Shown: piece by piece, positions 51,440 to 64,000 of the stretch
How the letters are laid out: each line of letters begins with the position of its first letter
Position numbering within the stretch: position 1 is the stretch's first letter
Assembly (NCBI GenBank): GCA_051294375.1
Contig: CM119271.1
Coordinates: forward strand, 7,193,632-7,257,631
Direction: 5' to 3'
Source of the DNA: Paraspadella gotoi
Lineage: Eukaryota > Animalia > Chaetognatha
Length of the DNA: 64,000 nt
Made by a program: the position numbers and the translations under genes
The notes under the pieces: model-generated
The model's database searches: none
What the model was told of the DNA's origin: nothing
The model's input: the letters and a program-made list of their open reading frames with translations, nothing else

Positions 51440-52825
51440 CGTTCCTGACAGAAGAAGAGGAAGGGACAAACAAGGTTTGTTCCCCCCCTTTGAGAATTGA
51501 AAAAGTGACATTTTGTGGATTTTAGAGGGGGGGGTTGAGTAGGGGGCCTCGGGGAAAAAAAATTGGCCCCAGAGTAGCTCGCCAAGGTGGGCCCGCTTCT
51601 GGATGCTTCCGGTTGCCAATAACCGAGAGAGAGAGAGAGACGCCACGTCAGCCACGTCAAAAGATTTGGAAGCGTAAAAGGTCAGCGACGTCAAAGCCGA
51701 AGTCAATAACGTCAAAGGTCAGTGACGTCAAAAAAAGGCCAAGTCGATAACGTCAAAAATTGATGACGTCAATGTCTGGATTCTCGTCGAAAGGCTGAAC
51801 TTTGAAATCTGACAACGAAAGAAGAAGATTTTGAAAATGGGGGTAAAATGGAAGAGTCGAGAGAACTGACAACGTTTGACACGAATTTGATAAATAGGGA
51901 TAATTTGGCCGATGTCCGAGTATTCGTTGATAATGCCATTGACTTCATTGGTCGAATGATTGCGAAAATAACGTCACCCCAAACTAATAACGTCCGTAAC
52001 CCAATATAACGTCAACCGGGGCACCAAAAAAAACAAAAAAACAACAACAACGACGGCAGAAGTCAATAGCGGCTGCCAAGTTTTTCTTCCAAAAAAACCA
52101 CGTTAACGAAAATGTCGCTTTGCGTCTTACGACGTCACAAACGACTCAACGAACTTGTCTCCCAGGAATTGAGGGTGGGGCGGGGGTGAAAGGGAGAAGA
52201 GGGGAGATTTGGGGGAGAGGGTTAGAGGGAGAGGGAGGGGGAACCAAAGGCGCCTAACATCACTCCACCCTCCAAGGGGAAACTTATAAAACACGATTCC
52301 TAGTTTTACGAAACCTTAAACGGGGTAAAAATACCCCCCCTCTTTCCGAACCTGACTTACCCTCCCCATTTGAGTCGACTTACCCAACGGGCAGATGCAG
52401 CGGAAATCGACCTTGTCCGTCTTGTCGATGGTTCCTTCGCAGGTGGCGCCGTTTCTGCAGGGGTTCTTGTTGGTGCAGGGATTTTCGAATTGGCAATACT
52501 CTCCTACCCATTGATCGCCGCAGATGCAGTAGCTCTGTTTTGAGGAGAGGGAAAGACGAGGGGTTAATTAAGTTAACCGAATAGTTCAATAAACGCTAAA
52601 TAAAAATCTAATTTGCTTTTTTTTCTCCCCCATGCAAGTTTAAAACGATTAGATTTATTATCTTTAACCGGATTTGTGTTCTTCCCATTTTCGCATATTC
52701 ATAGTTATATCTTATGATGAAATCATAGTCCTATGGAGCGACGAATTTGAAATATTTTAACACGGTTATGGACAACTCGGGAGGTCTTACTAAGAATTTT
52801 TTTTTTTCGAACAACTAGATTTCCC

Positions 52826-52874
<49 letters not shown>

Positions 52875-55800
52875 AGCCCCTCGTCAAAAAAAGGATATTT
52901 TCTGCTCTCGACTCTTTTTAAGGATCCTTTGTAGTAGGAGAACAACGTGAATAATCGACGACGACGACGACAACGACGTTGGCGAGACGACAAAGAGCTC
53001 CTTTCACTTTCGCGTCACTTTCAGCTCTCGAAAAAATTAACACTGGAAAATAAATCAAACGCCCCCCCTACTCCCCATTTCGAAAAAAAAAAAAACCTAA
53101 CGAGATAAAACAGAAACGAAAAAAAAAGAAAAAAAAGATTAGAGATAAAAAGCAGACGGATTTCTATTGTTTTTGCGCGGCCAACGAAAGTAAAACGAAA
53201 GGAAAAAAAAAAAAGAAGCAAAAGTAAGCAAAGTAAAAGGAAAAACATTACACATGAATAACAATGAAGGGTGGAGGGGGAGTTGGAGGGGGGGGGGCAG
53301 GAGAACAATCGCCCGCATGAAATGGAATCTTCGGTTTGACGCGAATGAGTTGACGCGGATTCGCGTCCGCGTTTCGGTCCATAGATTTTGAAATGGGAGG
53401 GAAGCCGAGCGCTCGAGGGAAGTGTGCGCTCCATAGAGGGCAGGGTCCCGTCAACGATCCCGCCCCTCGGTCTGGGCCTCTGGCGAGAGAGCGTTGGTGG
53501 TTGAGAGAGAGAAGGGACGACTTTTAACGTCGCTATTCTCTATTTCTCTCTCTCTCTCTCTTTGGCCGGCAGGAGTGAGAATAGGGAGGGTAATTCGAAA
53601 AGAATAGATTCTCACTTTTTCTTCGTCTCGATGATAATAGTCGTCGTTGTCGTCGTCCCTCGTCTCAAAATGGACGCCGGGTGAAAGTGTAAACTCGGCG
53701 AAGTGAAACCGACCAAAGAGAAACGAGGGAGCGAATTTCACGCGCGCGTTTTTTTTTTTTTTTTTCAAACGAGTTTGGTTGAAAAAAAAAAAAAGAGCAT
53801 CCGTCTCCTTTATTCAATCGAGTCCGTTCGACTGGTCCTGACATGATGACTCCTGACTTCTACAATCTTCTTTGTGCTTAATGCACATATATAAGAAATG
53901 AGGCCTTCAATCGCTTAAATTGTACAATGTACATATCTGGAACAGAAAAAAATGTGTGTTTATTAAAAAATGTCCTTATAATACGACAAAGTTTTAATAC
54001 AACTAACGTCCGTTCCGAATTCGCCACGAAATATGTTTTCTACAAAGCCTTTTTTACCAGGCATACAAGTACTTGAATACTTCGACTGAATAACTTCTCA
54101 ACTTTAACTTAATATTTCTCCTCTCGAAGCGATGACGTCCAAAGGCAAAGAAACAAAATGATATAATTAAAGACTTAAAAGACTCAAATCGAATCGACTG
54201 CGATTTTTTCCTCGTGATGACAGGAGCCGATCGAAGCGGAATTTTTTCCAAGGCGGAGTCCGACGCCCGATATCGAAGATAAGCAATTGGACAAGCAAGC
54301 GTGAACGAGCAAATGGAAATCTTGCGGGTCCCACCGAATCGTACCGCTGCGGCTTGTACGCGCGCGTCGAAGCGACACGACTAACCACATCCGTTCGTCC
54401 GACGACGACGACGAAGCGTCGTAAACGGCGACGGGAAGTGGACAACTCGAAAGGGCCTCTTCAAAAAGAAGACACGGAATCTTTCGCCGCGACGCTTAAT
54501 TTATAATCGAGACGTCAGATACGACGAACGACAGAGAGGGGAAAAAAACCCGTCTTAAAAACTCGATCCAGTCCTGTGAGATAGAGACAGAGAGAGAGAA
54601 GAAAGAAAAGAATCCACAGGATTTCCACCACAGTGCCTTCACTGGCTGATTAAGAAGGAAGTTTACAGTCAACTGTAAGGGTTTCAAACTGTAAACTGTT
54701 TCTATCTCCGAATCGCAACCGGAAACGCGAGTTCAGTTTTCCCACGGATCGAAAGACCGGAATCTTCAGATCGTTCGGTTAAAAAAAAAATCCCCGATCT
54801 GCGCGCCGCCGTTTCCCAAGACAGTGAAAAAAAATCGATTCAGTTCTCCCCCGCTGTCAGTCCGCATCGGTTGCTTCCACAGTCGCGGTGAGGAAAAAAC
54901 AAAAACCCCAACCGATCAGGGACAACAATGGGGAACATTGGGGACAAGACCACGAGACTGAGGTCGGCGGGAAAAGGCGAGGCAAGCTTTTTTTTGTTTT
55001 CGCTTCATCGAAGGTTTTGACGGCTTTTCTGCCTGCCCCGAGTTACAATCGGCCTAGGACAAGGAATTTATAAATGAGTCGCTGAACCTTTAAAGAAAAA
55101 CCCGACTTAAATAGATGTAATTATTCGAACGATATCTCATAACAAAATTTCCGAAAAGTGGAAAAAAAAAGCCTTTTACGATCCGAAGGAATCGATTCTC
55201 CACTGTACTTAACAGAAATCCACCACCGAAAAAGCGCATTACGTGTTTTGACTTGCTAATTTGACTTCTAATCATTCCGTCAGGTATTTCGAAAAACAAA
55301 TTTACCCCTTCCAAACGCTGGACTTTTTCTCACAAAGTTTTACCCTAGCGCGAACAAAACTTGCTCGTATCTGTCTGATTAAAGCGTGACTTGAGGGGAA
55401 ACCACTTCAAAAATGGTTAAAAACTGGGTTTAGTGGTAACGGATTCGCTCGAGTTGTAAAAACAGTTCAATTTTTCGTTGACAGACGACGAACGCTAATA
55501 CATCCTTCTTGGATATTCTAATTAGAGGGGTTTTCGTTGATGTTGCCGTCGTTTCGTGATCTGCTCAGAAGTTTTTAGGCTACAAGAATTTTTTATAAAT
55601 ATAACATTGGTAGAAATATGTTGTAAAACTGCTAAAGATTACTTTAATACAAAAATTATTTGTCCTAGCAAATAATGCTCTGTAAAAAATTAAATTATTC
55701 CTAACATTTTTAACAAATAAGTTCAGTCTAATAATTTGCATCTTTTGAGCTATCAACGCATGTTACAATGAACATCAAACTGTCACAAAACAGACATCAC

Positions 55801-56386
55801 ACGTCGTAGCAGGCACGCACCCGCAGCGCAGTAATCCAGAACTCACCTGGGGCGAAGGTTTCACGCATTCGTGACCGTGGGTGCAGGGATTGGCTGGAGC
55901 AGGAGGGAAAGGCGGCGGCGGGGCGAAGACGAAGGCGCGGCGAAAACGGCTACGAGGAAAAATCCGGTCAAATTCCGGTGAGGATTCGGGCGAAGGAATA
56001 GACGGACGGAGAAAAGAAGATTGGTCGTCGCGGTTCGGCCGGAGCCAAACGAAGCGACGACGAATCGAGCTTGTTGGAGGATGAGCGACGTTTCGTCAAC
56101 GTCCTTCGGCCGCGTCTCTAGAGGCGCCGCCGAAATGTTCGGGAAGCGGCGTTCATCTTCGATGAGGCGTCCCCGAGAGGCGCTCTCTCAGGCGGGCGTC
56201 GTCGTTTTTGCGAACCCGATGCGGCGTCGTCGACGACCGCGATTCCCTAGCGGCGTCGTTGAGAGAGTTTTCGGGCCCGGGCAGGCGCGAACGATGGCGC
56301 CGGTGGGGAATGGCGAGACGCCGCCGAGGGGGACGCTTGAAGCGGAGTAGAAGAAACGGCTCGGAGGACGCTAGACGGTATTCCAT
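34443..56386 (-). CDS. Notch: Notch receptor (36 EGF repeats, two LNRs, HD, TM, RAM, ankyrin repeats, polyQ, PEST); exon 1 has apparent indels
   Basis: About 30 phase-compatible GT-AG exons. EGF repeats are colinear with canonical Notch EGF1-36. Furin-type RLKR and RRKR sites, TM followed by [18 protein letters not shown] ([22 protein letters not shown]), PEST ([25 protein letters not shown]), ends DGVYL*. Confidence 0.97.
42468..42540 (+). mobile_element. Degenerate Penelope-type hammerhead/pLTR remnant in a Notch intron
   Basis: GATGA-A-TGCTT..AAGCC-GAA-ACTTGT-C followed by AATAAA, with a short inverted remnant (AAGCACATC) just upstream. Confidence 0.4.
51643..51772. promoter_or_regulatory. 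Cluster of CRE/ATF-like ACGTCA motifs in Notch intron 2
   Basis: Seven ACGTCA in ~130 bp, including full TGACGTCA at 51723 and 51764, and two AGGTCA half-sites. Confidence 0.4.
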
Positions 56387-58441
56387 GGCGACGCGTGTGG
56401 GCGAGGAGGCGAGGGAATTAAAATTAAAGCGAACGTTGACTTAGAAAAGAATGGAGAGACGGAGATAGAGAGAGAGACGCGGTGGGGAAGAGAGACAGAA
56501 AGATACTTTCTATCTTTGGAGACAGGAAATTTCGGTGGATGAGGATAGCATCGTTTGAAGACGAGTTCCAAGTCAAGACGCGGCGAATATAAATATTCCC
56601 GTTCGTATTTAAAAAATTTATTTGCGAAATTCGACGAACGTCTTTTTTTGTTTTCCCCGACGTCGAAGAAAACAAAAAATCCGCGGAATCGAAGGCCACA
56701 ACATCCGCGGAACCGAAAATTCTTGTCAGTTAATTTTTTAGATCTTGTTAAAGCGATAGATATTCTCTCACAACGAAAATATACACCTTCGCGACACTCG
56801 AGGTTTTCCACGCGGGGTGGGACGATGCCGAGGTTGCGAGGGGGATGGAAGGGAGGGGGGGTGAGTGAAAAGAGGGGAGGGAACGCGAAGAGGATCACCA
56901 TGGGGCGTCGTGAGGGGGGGAGGGCGTTGGATCGATTGAGGCGCGTGGCGAAAGGATTTCGCGCCGGAAATCAAAAGAGAGGATGAGCGAAAATGGGGGG
57001 GTGGCTCTATGAGCCAGATGATGAGGGGATTAGGAAGCGGAAGAGAATTTCTCTTATTTTCTTTTTTCTTTTCATGTTCTTCCTTTCTTTTTATTTCCGT
57101 TCTTCGCGACGAGAGAGAGAGAGAGCAGAGAGTGGGAGAGAGAGATCGAGTCTTTCAAAGAAAATGATTTTTTTCTTTTCTCGTTCGGAATTTTTTTATA
57201 TATCTTTTTTCTTTTTTATTTTTCTTATTCTTTTTTTTTGGGTGTCGTTTCGCGTTATTTTGGTGGGTTTAAGTGGGTTTCTTCTTTTTGTTTGTGTGCA
57301 ATTGATGTTGCCCGGGAGCGGGGAAGCGGTGAGAGAGAGAGAGCTGAATTTATTTTGTTCGATGACGCAGAAGTCATGTCCGGGGATCTGGTAAAGAGGG
57401 AGAGGAGAGAGTGCGGAATTGATTTTGAGACAGTGTGGGAAAAAAAATATGAGAGGAAAAAAGTAATGTAACATTCGACTGAAGCGCTCTATCTTTTTGA
57501 GTGAAGAGAGAGAGAGAGAGAGAGATGATGAGAGAGATGAGAGAGATTGAGAGAGAGATGAGACAATGAGAGAGAGAGAGAGAAGAAGATTCACTCGGAA
57601 CTACATCAATTAAAAGAGAAAGAAAATTAGGTCGTGCGGGTAAGCGAAGAGATATTAGTCGAAGCCAATCAGTTTTGCAAGTTTTTCTTTCCCCAATTCG
57701 TAATTAAGAACGTGGATCTAGTTAATCACTAATCAGGCGCGAATTAAAATTATTAGTTTTTTTGAGGAGTAATTTTGAGTTTTTTTCGATGATTTTGAGA
57801 AATCAATTTTTTTTTTCCTCCCGAGAATAGAAAGGTGAGGGATTAGATAGGTTAAATAAAAAAGTGAAGATGTGTTCGAAGAAAGAGAGGTAGAAAGTGA
57901 TCAAGAGGAAAAGTGAAGGTAGAAAGCAGTTACGCATTTAAAGAAAAGAAAGAAAAAAAGGAAAGAGAGAGAGAAGAAGTTATAAAACGATAAAGAACCA
58001 GTTTTTTTCCTTTCGCCTGCCGAAGCATAATTTCTTCGATTTTCGAAAACAAATTATATCCAAAGATTTTGTTTTTTTAAAAATTAAATTTTGTTTTATA
58101 TTTCATTTTTTCTTTTTTTCGGTTCTTTTTTTTTTCAACCGGCGAACAAAGAGCGAACCTCCACGCGAAAAATACTGAACGATTGCTGACCGAAAATATG
58201 ATTTTTACTTCGAGTTCTGGCCAATTTTGGGGGTTTTTTCATCGTTCATAATTTTTTGGCCCAGAGTTCACAGAGAGCGAGAGAGAGGAGAAAGAGGGAA
58301 ATATTTTTTTCAGGAGGAAAAAAGTTTTTTGAGCCTTAATTTTTTTTTTGTACGATGAGATAAACTCGGGGCAGACAGAGTGGGAAAAAAAAAAGCCGAA
58401 CTGAGCAGGCCGAAAAACTTCCCAAAAAAGAATCTCTCTCT

Positions 58442-58595
58442 NNNNNNNNNNNNNNNNNNNNNNNNNCGAAAAAAAAAAATCTAACGAGATAAACAGAAAC
58501 GAAAAAAAGAAAAAAAAAGATTAGAGATAAAAAGCAGACGGATTTCTATTGTTTTGCGCGGCCAACGAAANNNNNNNNNNNNNNNNNNNNNNNNN
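58442..58595. other. Two 25-N assembly gaps flanking a ~104-bp copy of 53081-53189
   Basis: N runs at 58442-58466 and 58571-58595. The sequence between them matches Notch intron 1. Confidence 0.95.
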
Positions 58596-58609
58596 AAAAA
58601 AGATGAGAG

Positions 58610-60850
58610 ATATATATAGTGAAAAAGATTTATTGAATGAATTTTTTTTGATATAGAAAATCAAATAATTTAATAATTAAATCTATGAAAGAATTTTATA
58701 ACTTTGAAGTTTTTTTTAGCGATAAATAACATGAATTGTTTTAATTAATTCGTCATGGATGGCTTTTATAGCTACTGGTCAGTTGTATCTTTTCCATTAT
58801 AAGATAAATTTGATAACTTCTTTTTTGTTTAATAATCTGCGACTGCTATTATTCTGTACGTTTTGACAAAATCTAAAAATTACTGATATTAAAACATTAT
58901 TATGGAAACAGACGAAAACTTCTCTTTTTAAATCAGATGCTATTTATTTTGTGCAGTGATATTATATTATCCTTGAACAAATATTAGAAAAGTTTTAAAC
59001 AATCCCAACTAGACATTTTTAAGGCCAAAAGTTAGGTTGTTTATAAAAAAAAAACTGCAAGATGCAAAAACAGTAATGAAACAAAAGTTATTTTTGCTTG
59101 AATATCTTTTGAAAAAAAATAGGAGGCAAGGATGGGTTGGTATCAAATTAAAGCCCTGAATCATGGGAACCATTTCTAGAACAGTTTTGTAAGTTTTATC
59201 TCATAAATCTTTTACACAGTTTTTAAATTAAATACGAGTGTAAAAGTATAAACAGTTTTTTGGCATTACGAAATTTAATGAAGGGATATAAAATTTTTTG
59301 TTTTCTTTTGTAAATTGAAGAGGATAGTCTGAATTACATTTAATTACCACTAAATTTTGCTCTACTTTTGATAAATTTGCTTTGTATTTTTCAGTTGACA
59401 AGTAATAAAACAATAGCAAAAATTTGTAGTAGCTTGATAAGATGTATTTTTGAAATATGAAAAATGATAAATAATAAAATGTTTTCAGGCTGGCTAAATA
59501 ATACCAACAGTCTGGACGTTTAACCTTCCTTGTCTGTGAAAAAAAAATTATCATTTTTCAATATCTTTCAACTGCAAAGAAAAAGCTTGATTACTGCTTG
59601 TTTATCATAATAAATTTTAAAAAATTACTTACTGCTGACATATTTGACAAAGCAAGTCCTCCATTGGTCTTGAATTTAACTTAGCTAATTTTCTTTTAAA
59701 AGGGAAGTTAATTCTATTATTTATCATTGCGCATTTTAATTAAGAAAGAAAAATTAGCGAAAAGGGTTCATTGACTGACATTAATGATTGGCATTTTTAA
59801 GGTTTCTTTAACTGCCCCGATGTACCTCGAAGAGCATAAAGGATCATTATTGTCGATGTCACGATGGGAAGCGAGGATTGTTCTCTACGTTTAATGCCTG
59901 ATTCTGAATTTTATTTTTTTCCCGCTTTCAAATGTATTAAATTAAAAAAAATTAATTGAGAGAACGATCAGGGACTCGTCGGTCGGCATGGAGGATACCG
60001 GTTGGGGTAAAGACTCTCGGAGTTGCCCCTACTGTCGCCGTCAAAGATTTTTGAAACAACGTTTTTTTTTCATGCTATTCTACGGGACGATAACTGCTAT
60101 ACTATGGGTACTATTTACTTTTTTAGTTTTTTAAACATTCTCTTTCGCGTAATCAGAAGAGACGTTTTGCAATGTCAGAAAATTATAGAAAAAAAAAAGT
60201 AAAACGTTTTCAAAAATTTAAAAAAATCTATAGAGGAAGTCTACTATAACTTAACAAATATAACTGATGCTAATAATGTATCAGGACTTTGATGCCCACT
60301 CCAAATAAATCAAACTGCTTAATATACTCGCTTTTCTTCATATTAAAAAGAGGCTACTGATTAAAGTTTAAAAACCCTACAAAAGGCAAGTCCGAATATC
60401 AAGATATTTTAAGTACATTTGACAACCTTAAATAATGTCTAGTTGGGAATTGTGTGTAAAATGTTTTAAATTTTGTCAAGGGATGATATTAGTATCAGTT
60501 TTCAAGCACAATTAATCAGCATGTGATTTAAAAAGAAAGTGTTTGTCGTCTGTTTTCAACATAATTTTTAATACCAGTGATTTTTTGATTTATGTCAAAA
60601 GTAATTAGTAGAATATAGGCGAGTCGGTATACTAAAAATCAAAGAAGTTATTCAATATTTTATAATTTGAGGAATGATACAACTGAGTAGTAGCTATTAA
60701 AAGCATCAATGAACAGGATTATAATATAGATTAGTCCTTATTTAATGGCTAAAAAAAAATTCAAAGTTAAAATTTTTTTCATATATTTAATTTATAAATT
60801 ATTTTTTTTCTTTGTCAAAATCATCGACATAATAACTTGACTATATATGT
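58610..60850. mobile_element. AT-rich element with long imperfect terminal inverted repeats (~430 bp)
   Basis: ~58610-59040 aligns to the reverse complement of ~60422-60850 (e.g. ATAGCTACTGGTCAGTTGTATC / GATACAACTGAGTAGTAGCTAT; TCCCAACTAGACATT / AATGTCTAGTTGGGA). No transposase ORF in the spacer. Confidence 0.55.
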
Positions 60851-61340
60851 ATTTGAAAGGCCTATATAGGTAGGTAGATCCCTTATAATATAAAATTTTT
60901 TTCTTCATCATTTGGCATAGTATATAATTTTTTTTGTTCTAATTTAAATGTATTGTGGAGAAGAAATTAAAATAATATTTTGAAGTAAGATTGGAAAGCA
61001 AGAGTTAATTCTAGCAAATTAAACTATTAAAGATAGAATAATGGTTATGGACGTCAGAACGGAAGTAAAATTGTTTCATAGATTATAGGATGATGCATGA
61101 TATTTGTCATTTTTAACAAAATTTAAACCATTTTTTAAGAAATTTTTTTTATTCTACTTTATTGATTTTGCTATAGCTAATTGTAATATTAATTTATAAA
61201 AGACACTGCTCATTTTAGTGAAGAGAATGTTTGATTAAGCTCTTTTTTTGTGTAGCCCAAAGGTCCGGATAACGTATCCGGGACATCTCATTCTTGTGCA
61301 GATCCATCGGCGATAAATCGATGTAAAAAGGAACCGGGTG

Positions 61341-62312
61341 TCTTAATAACTAAAAGAGAAACGAAAGGGGAATCCCGTTCCGGGCGTGACGGAAAAAAAA
61401 AAGTCACCGCTTTCACCTTTCTAATCCTCAAACCACCTTTTACCCCTCTGCCCACACAAAAGAAACAGGTGGCAACATCCGCCGGCGCGACGAGGTAAAA
61501 CTTTTAGATAACAACTGCGCAACCTCGATACCCGCTTGCCCCGACCCCCGTCGATTTTTACTTTGCCACGCCCACCGTTTGGCGGCGTCCCAACCCCCCC
61601 CATTCTCGCTTGATCCCGTTTTATTCCTTTTTCAATTAAAGAAAAAAAAAAAGTCGTGAGATGAAATCGAAAAAATCGATTTTTTCGTTTGTTCGCCTTG
61701 AAAGGATTAAAGGACGGGACCGGGTTGGAAAGGGAAATGGTGAGTTGGATGATAATAAAGTGTTCAAAAGTCCATTGTCCAAAGTCGGGGGAAAGATGGC
61801 TCATTCATAGAACGAATGGATAATTTTGTGTTTGTCGTTACTGTTTGAACACTAATTAGAGGTTAAAAAAGACAGTTTCCTTTTAGAGAGAGAAGGAGAG
61901 AGAGAGTGAAAAAAGAGGATTAGGTTCGAAAACAAGGAAGGTGATGTTTTCAATTAGGCCACGATTTGTTCAGTCACAGCAACGACATACAGGCTAAGTC
62001 AACTGTCAAGGTTATACGACCCCCTGAATTCTTCCGAGAAAGCCTAAACGTGAGAAAAAAGAGCGAGAAGAAAGTTGAATGAAAATATCGACAAAGGTCG
62101 AAGAAGAAGAGTGCGAGAGAGAGAGAGCGGAACGTAAAGAGAGGGAGACAGAGTAAGAAAAAGAGTGAGGAGAGAGAGAGAGACATTTTTCGTTCCGAGG
62201 GTTTTTATCGGTTGCCCATTTTGTAACAGGAACCGAAACCCGAGGAAATGAATCGGCTTAACATTTTTTCCCTTAAGATTGGAAGCCGTTCCGGAAAGAA
62301 CTCTCTCTCTCT

Positions 62313-62347
<35 letters not shown>

Positions 62348-63738
62348 CTCCGTTCCTGACAGAAGAAGAGGAAGGGACAAACAAGGTTTTGTTCCCCCCT
62401 TTGAGAATTGAAAAAGTGACATTTTGTGGGATTTTTAGGAGGGGGGGGTTGAGTAGGGCCTCGGGAAAAAATTGGCCCAGAGTAGATCGCCAAGGTGGGC
62501 CGCTTCTGGATGCTTCCGGTTGCCAATAACCGAGAGAGAGAGAGAGACGCCACGTCAGCCACGTCAAAAGATTTGGAAGCGTAAAAGAGGTCAGGCGAGT
62601 CAAAGCCGAAGTCAATAAACGTCAAAGGTCAGTGACGTCAAAAAGGCCAAGTCGGATAACGTCAAAAATTGATGACGTCAATGTCTGGATTCTCGTCGAA
62701 AGGCTGAAATTTGAAATCTGACACGAAAGAAGAAGATTTTGAAAAGGGGGTAAAATGGAAGAGTCGAGAGAACTGACAACGTTTGACACGAATTTGATAA
62801 ATAGGGATAATTTGGCCGATGTCCGAGTATTCGTTGATAATTGCCATTGACTTCATTGGTCGAATGATTGCGAAAATAAGTCCACCGCCAAACTAATAAC
62901 GTCCGTAACCCAATATAACGTCCAACCGGGGGCACACAAAAAAAACAAAAAAACAACACAACGACGGCAGAAAGTCAAAGCGGCTGCCAAGTTTTTCTTC
63001 AAAAAAACCACGTTAACGAAAATGTCGCTTTGCGTCTTATCGACGTCACAACGACTCAACGAACTTGTCTCCAGGAATTGAGGGTGGGGCGGGGGGTGAA
63101 AGGGAGAAGAGGGGGAGATTTGGGGGAGAGGGTTAGAGGGAGAGGGAGGGGAACCAAAGGCGCCTAAACATCTCCACCCTCCAAGGTGGGAATTATAAAA
63201 CCACGATTCCTAGTTTTTACGAACCTTAACGGGTAAAATACCCTCTTTCCGAACCTGACTTACCCTCCCATTTGGAGTCGACTACCCAACGGGCAGAGAT
63301 GCAGCGGAAATCGACCTTGTCCGTCTTGTCGATGGTTCCTTCGCAGGTGGCGGCCGTTTCTGCAGGGTTCTTGTTGGTGCAGGGATTTTTCGAATTGGCA
63401 ATACTCTCTACCCATTGATCGCCGCAGATCAAGTAGCTCTGTTTTTTGAGGAGAGGGAAAGACGAGGGGTTTAATAAGTTAACCGAATAGTTCAATAAAC
63501 GCTAAATAAAAATCTAATTTGCTTTTTTTCCCCCCATGCGAAGTTTAAAAACGATTAGATTTATTATACTTTAACCGGATTTGGGTGTTTTCCCATTTTC
63601 GCATATTCAATAGTTATATCTTTATGAAAATCATAGTCCTATGGAGGCGACGAATTTGAAATATTTTAACACGGTTATGGACAACTCGGGAGGTCTTACT
63701 AAGAATTTTTTTTTTTTCGAACACTAGATTTCCCCGTT

Positions 63739-63778
<40 letters not shown>

Positions 63779-64000
63779 AGAGAAGAGAGGAGAGAGAAAG
63801 GCCCCTCGTCAAAAAAGGATATTTTCTGCTCTCGACTCTTTTTAAGGATCCTTTGTAGTAGGAGAACAACGTGAATAATCGACGACGACGACGACGACGA
63901 CAAGGACGTTGGCGAGACGACAAAGAGCTCCTTTCACTTTCGCGTTCATTTCAGCTCTCGAAAAAATTAACACTGGAAAATAAATCAAACGCCCCCCCTA
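61341..64000 (+). other. Indel-rich direct duplicate of 50431-53070 (Notch intron 2, exon 2, intron 1); probable assembly artefact or haplotig
   Basis: Colinear near-identity throughout, differing mostly by scattered 1-nt indels. The exon-2 copy (~63285-63440) is frameshifted, and the segment follows the N gaps. Confidence 0.85.

Noticed and set aside
61341-64000. Second Notch paralogue or real tandem duplication
   Set aside because: Differences from 50431-53070 are mostly single-base indels spread evenly over exon and intron, typical of unpolished long-read sequence, and the copy follows 25-N gaps. Treated as an artefact or haplotig unless read depth says otherwise.

Overview
Gene-dense animal genomic DNA with GC-rich exons, short AT-rich introns and many (CT)n tracts. 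The Notch motifs look protostome, possibly lophotrochozoan. I assembled genes by hand from splice sites, because most listed ORFs are antisense shadows or single exons. In order: a spliced VWA-domain gene running off the left edge (-), a MITE and a Helentron-like element, an intron-containing Cdc42/Rac pseudogene (+), a two-TM PPxY protein (-), U2SURP (-), calaxin/EFCAB1 (+), vasohibin (+), an intronless DUF4347-like/NEK8-9/RCC1/CaaX kinase (+), profilin (+), a FLACC1-like coiled-coil gene (-) and a ~30-exon Notch (-). After 58.4 kb come two 25-N gaps, an AT-rich inverted-repeat element and an indel-ridden duplicate of part of Notch, probably an assembly artefact. Most notable: (1) Notch has all 36 EGF repeats but only two LNR repeats, with LNR-A apparently deleted inside one exon; (2) head-to-head hammerhead-ribozyme palindromes of the Penelope type lie in introns of calaxin and profilin, with a degenerate one in Notch; (3) the VWA gene is a possible horizontal acquisition; (4) the NEK has an unusual architecture and starts only 234 bp after the vasohibin stop. 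Family assignments come from motif recognition; no database search was run.
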